This document shows positions 62,240 through 64,000 of a stretch of DNA of 64,000 nucleotides, piece by piece; the first letter of the stretch is position 1; every line of letters begins with the position of its first letter. The notes under the pieces are model-generated. The model saw only the letters and a program-made list of their open reading frames with translations. It was not told where the DNA came from and did not search any database. Origin of the DNA: Stylophora pistillata (taxonomy: Eukaryota). The position numbers and the translations under genes are program-made. The stretch covers positions 638,856-702,855 of the forward strand of contig NW_019217860.1 in NCBI RefSeq assembly GCF_002571385.2, read 5' to 3'.

Positions 62240-63840
62240 GACGAAATCGTTCCATTCAGAAAAAAACGGATCGAGAAACGACCCTAGGAAAGCGAATTGA
62301 ACATAAGGAAAGGAATCTATCATTCAGCGAACACATAAGTGCCATCTATAAGAAAACAAGCCCGAAAGTAGGAGTGCTAATGAGGCTAAGCAACCTTATT
62401 CCCTACTCAGCCAAACTTCAACTCTACAAATCTGCTATTTTACCGCATCTGACGTTTTGTGACATTGTGTGGCATTTCTGAAAAACTGCCGATAGACGTA
62501 AGCTCGAACGTATTCGAGAACGAGCACTGTGAGCAATTTTTAAATCTAAGGTGGACACGTACAGTACTTTATTAAACAGAGCCTCCCTATCAACTCTATA
62601 TGAAAGGAGATTACAAAGCATAGCTACACTCATGTTTAAAGTTAAAACGGATTAATGCCACTCTATATTACAGAAATATTCCAGTCTACCTATAAAGGCT
62701 ATGAGCTTAGGAACGCTGATTTTAATGTCCCGAGGGTCAGAACGTCCCGTTACGGCAAACACTCACTTCGTTGCTTCGGACCGTACTTATGGAGGAAGTT
62801 AATCGTCAGTGATCGGGAGAAACCATCTTTCAACGATTTTAGACAAAGCATAAAGAAACGAAACCTGGCCGAATTGTTAAAAGACACCTGCGTGGACTGT
62901 GAAATCTGCTCTTAAAATAAGATTTTATCATTCTGTATAATTTTTAGCGATCTAAAAGTATTATTGGTATGTAAATAAGGCTCCAGTTTTATATCTGAAA
63001 TTTTACTCTAAATGTGTAAATAACTAATAAATTTATCTTTAAACTTCTGTAGGTTAAGTAATTAAGTAGTGTCCCCAATTAGTTTTTACACCTGTAAAGC
63101 TAAATACATTGACACTTGAATAAAGTTTTCATTCATTCATTCATTCATTTCTTGTTCGAAAGCAGACATCAAGAAATGAAATTTTCTGGTGGAAAAATAG
63201 AACATGAAAAAATTCTGCAAATGCAGAATGAAGAGAATAGTCTAGATGAGAGAGTAGGTGAAAGCTTTTTTCATTGTTGACAGTTCTATAAGATGAATAT
63301 CAACTGGCTCTCTATGAAACAAAGACACGTGTGCTCGTTAATAGAGTGACCGGAAGTTAAATATTTTTAGAACTTCCGCTAACGATGACTAAAACGCGGC
63401 CCTTTCAATCAGACTAAAGCAATTAATTGGAATGAGTCATTGATTTCAATCGAAAAAAGAAAGGTTATTTGTTAGGAGAAGCTCGAGGGAGACCGTGGTA
63501 ACGCACTTCTTTCTTTGTTCACATGATTTACTCGTTCTGTGCAAATGATAGTCCATGATGCAGTCTGTTTTCATGTCGTAAAGGTCACGTGTCTATGATA
63601 TTGGAACTGTCGCGGAACATAACCAAGGAATGATATTTGAACGAAATAAAATACCAATGCCACTCCATTAGAAACCCAACGCTTGCAACGACCCCTAGTC
63701 TTACTCTCCCGTAAAATTGTACATGGATATTTTATACAAATTTTATATAAATGATACAGAGCCAGTGTTCATTTCTTGACTTGGCAGAAAGGATAACCGA
63801 GCAAAGAAGAACGCTTTGCAGAAAAAAAAATACGCGCAGT
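62240..63840. repeat. Segmental duplicate of spacer blocks 55600-55970 and 57950-58200
   Basis: 55600-55970 matches 62240-62316 + 63149-63438; 57950-58200 matches 63580-63838. Confidence 0.8.
62317..63148 (+). mobile_element. 5'-truncated CR1/L2-superfamily LINE (ORF2 C-terminus + 3' UTR + (CATT)n tail)
   Basis: LSFSEHISAIYKKTSPKVGVLMRLSNLIP..AKLQLYKSAILPHLTFCDIVWHF..KLERI..YELRN..YGKHSLRCFGPYLWRKL..C..C..C; in-frame stops; AATAAA + (CATT)5. Confidence 0.9.
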
Positions 63841-64000
63841 TAGGCCAATCAGAGCCACCCAACTGAAGTTCTTGCGCAATTACATTTCTTAAAAACAAAA
63901 CAGACGGTGAGATTTCGACTTAGCTTTTATTTCTTCTTCCTCGTTTTCTTATAAATGAAAAGAAAGGACAATGCTTTTTTTCTGAGGTTTACAAAAACTT

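Overview
AT-rich, intron-rich animal DNA; gene content and repeat families point to a cnidarian, probably a scleractinian coral (inference). In order: (1) the 5' part of a dystrophin/utrophin-like gene on the minus strand (two CH domains plus spectrin repeats, running off the left edge), with one exon duplicated across an assembly gap and candidate alternative first exons; (2) two tandem 4-exon SLC16 (MCT8/MCT10-like) transporter genes; (3) a complete 16-exon CYB5R4 gene; (4) an intronless TPR-CHAT (caspase-fold protease) gene and a head-to-head pseudogenised paralogue inside nested segmental duplications. The most unusual non-genic signal is a set of head-to-head inverted inserts flanked by 12-13 bp target-site duplications: two are tandem arrays of a 247/248-bp unit carrying a tRNA-Thr(AGT)-like cloverleaf, and one carries a minimal Penelope-type hammerhead motif. 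Together they suggest non-autonomous retro-mobilised small-RNA elements sharing one insertion mechanism. SINEs, LINE 3' fragments, MITEs and satellites fill the rest. All exon coordinates were derived by eye; no searches were run.
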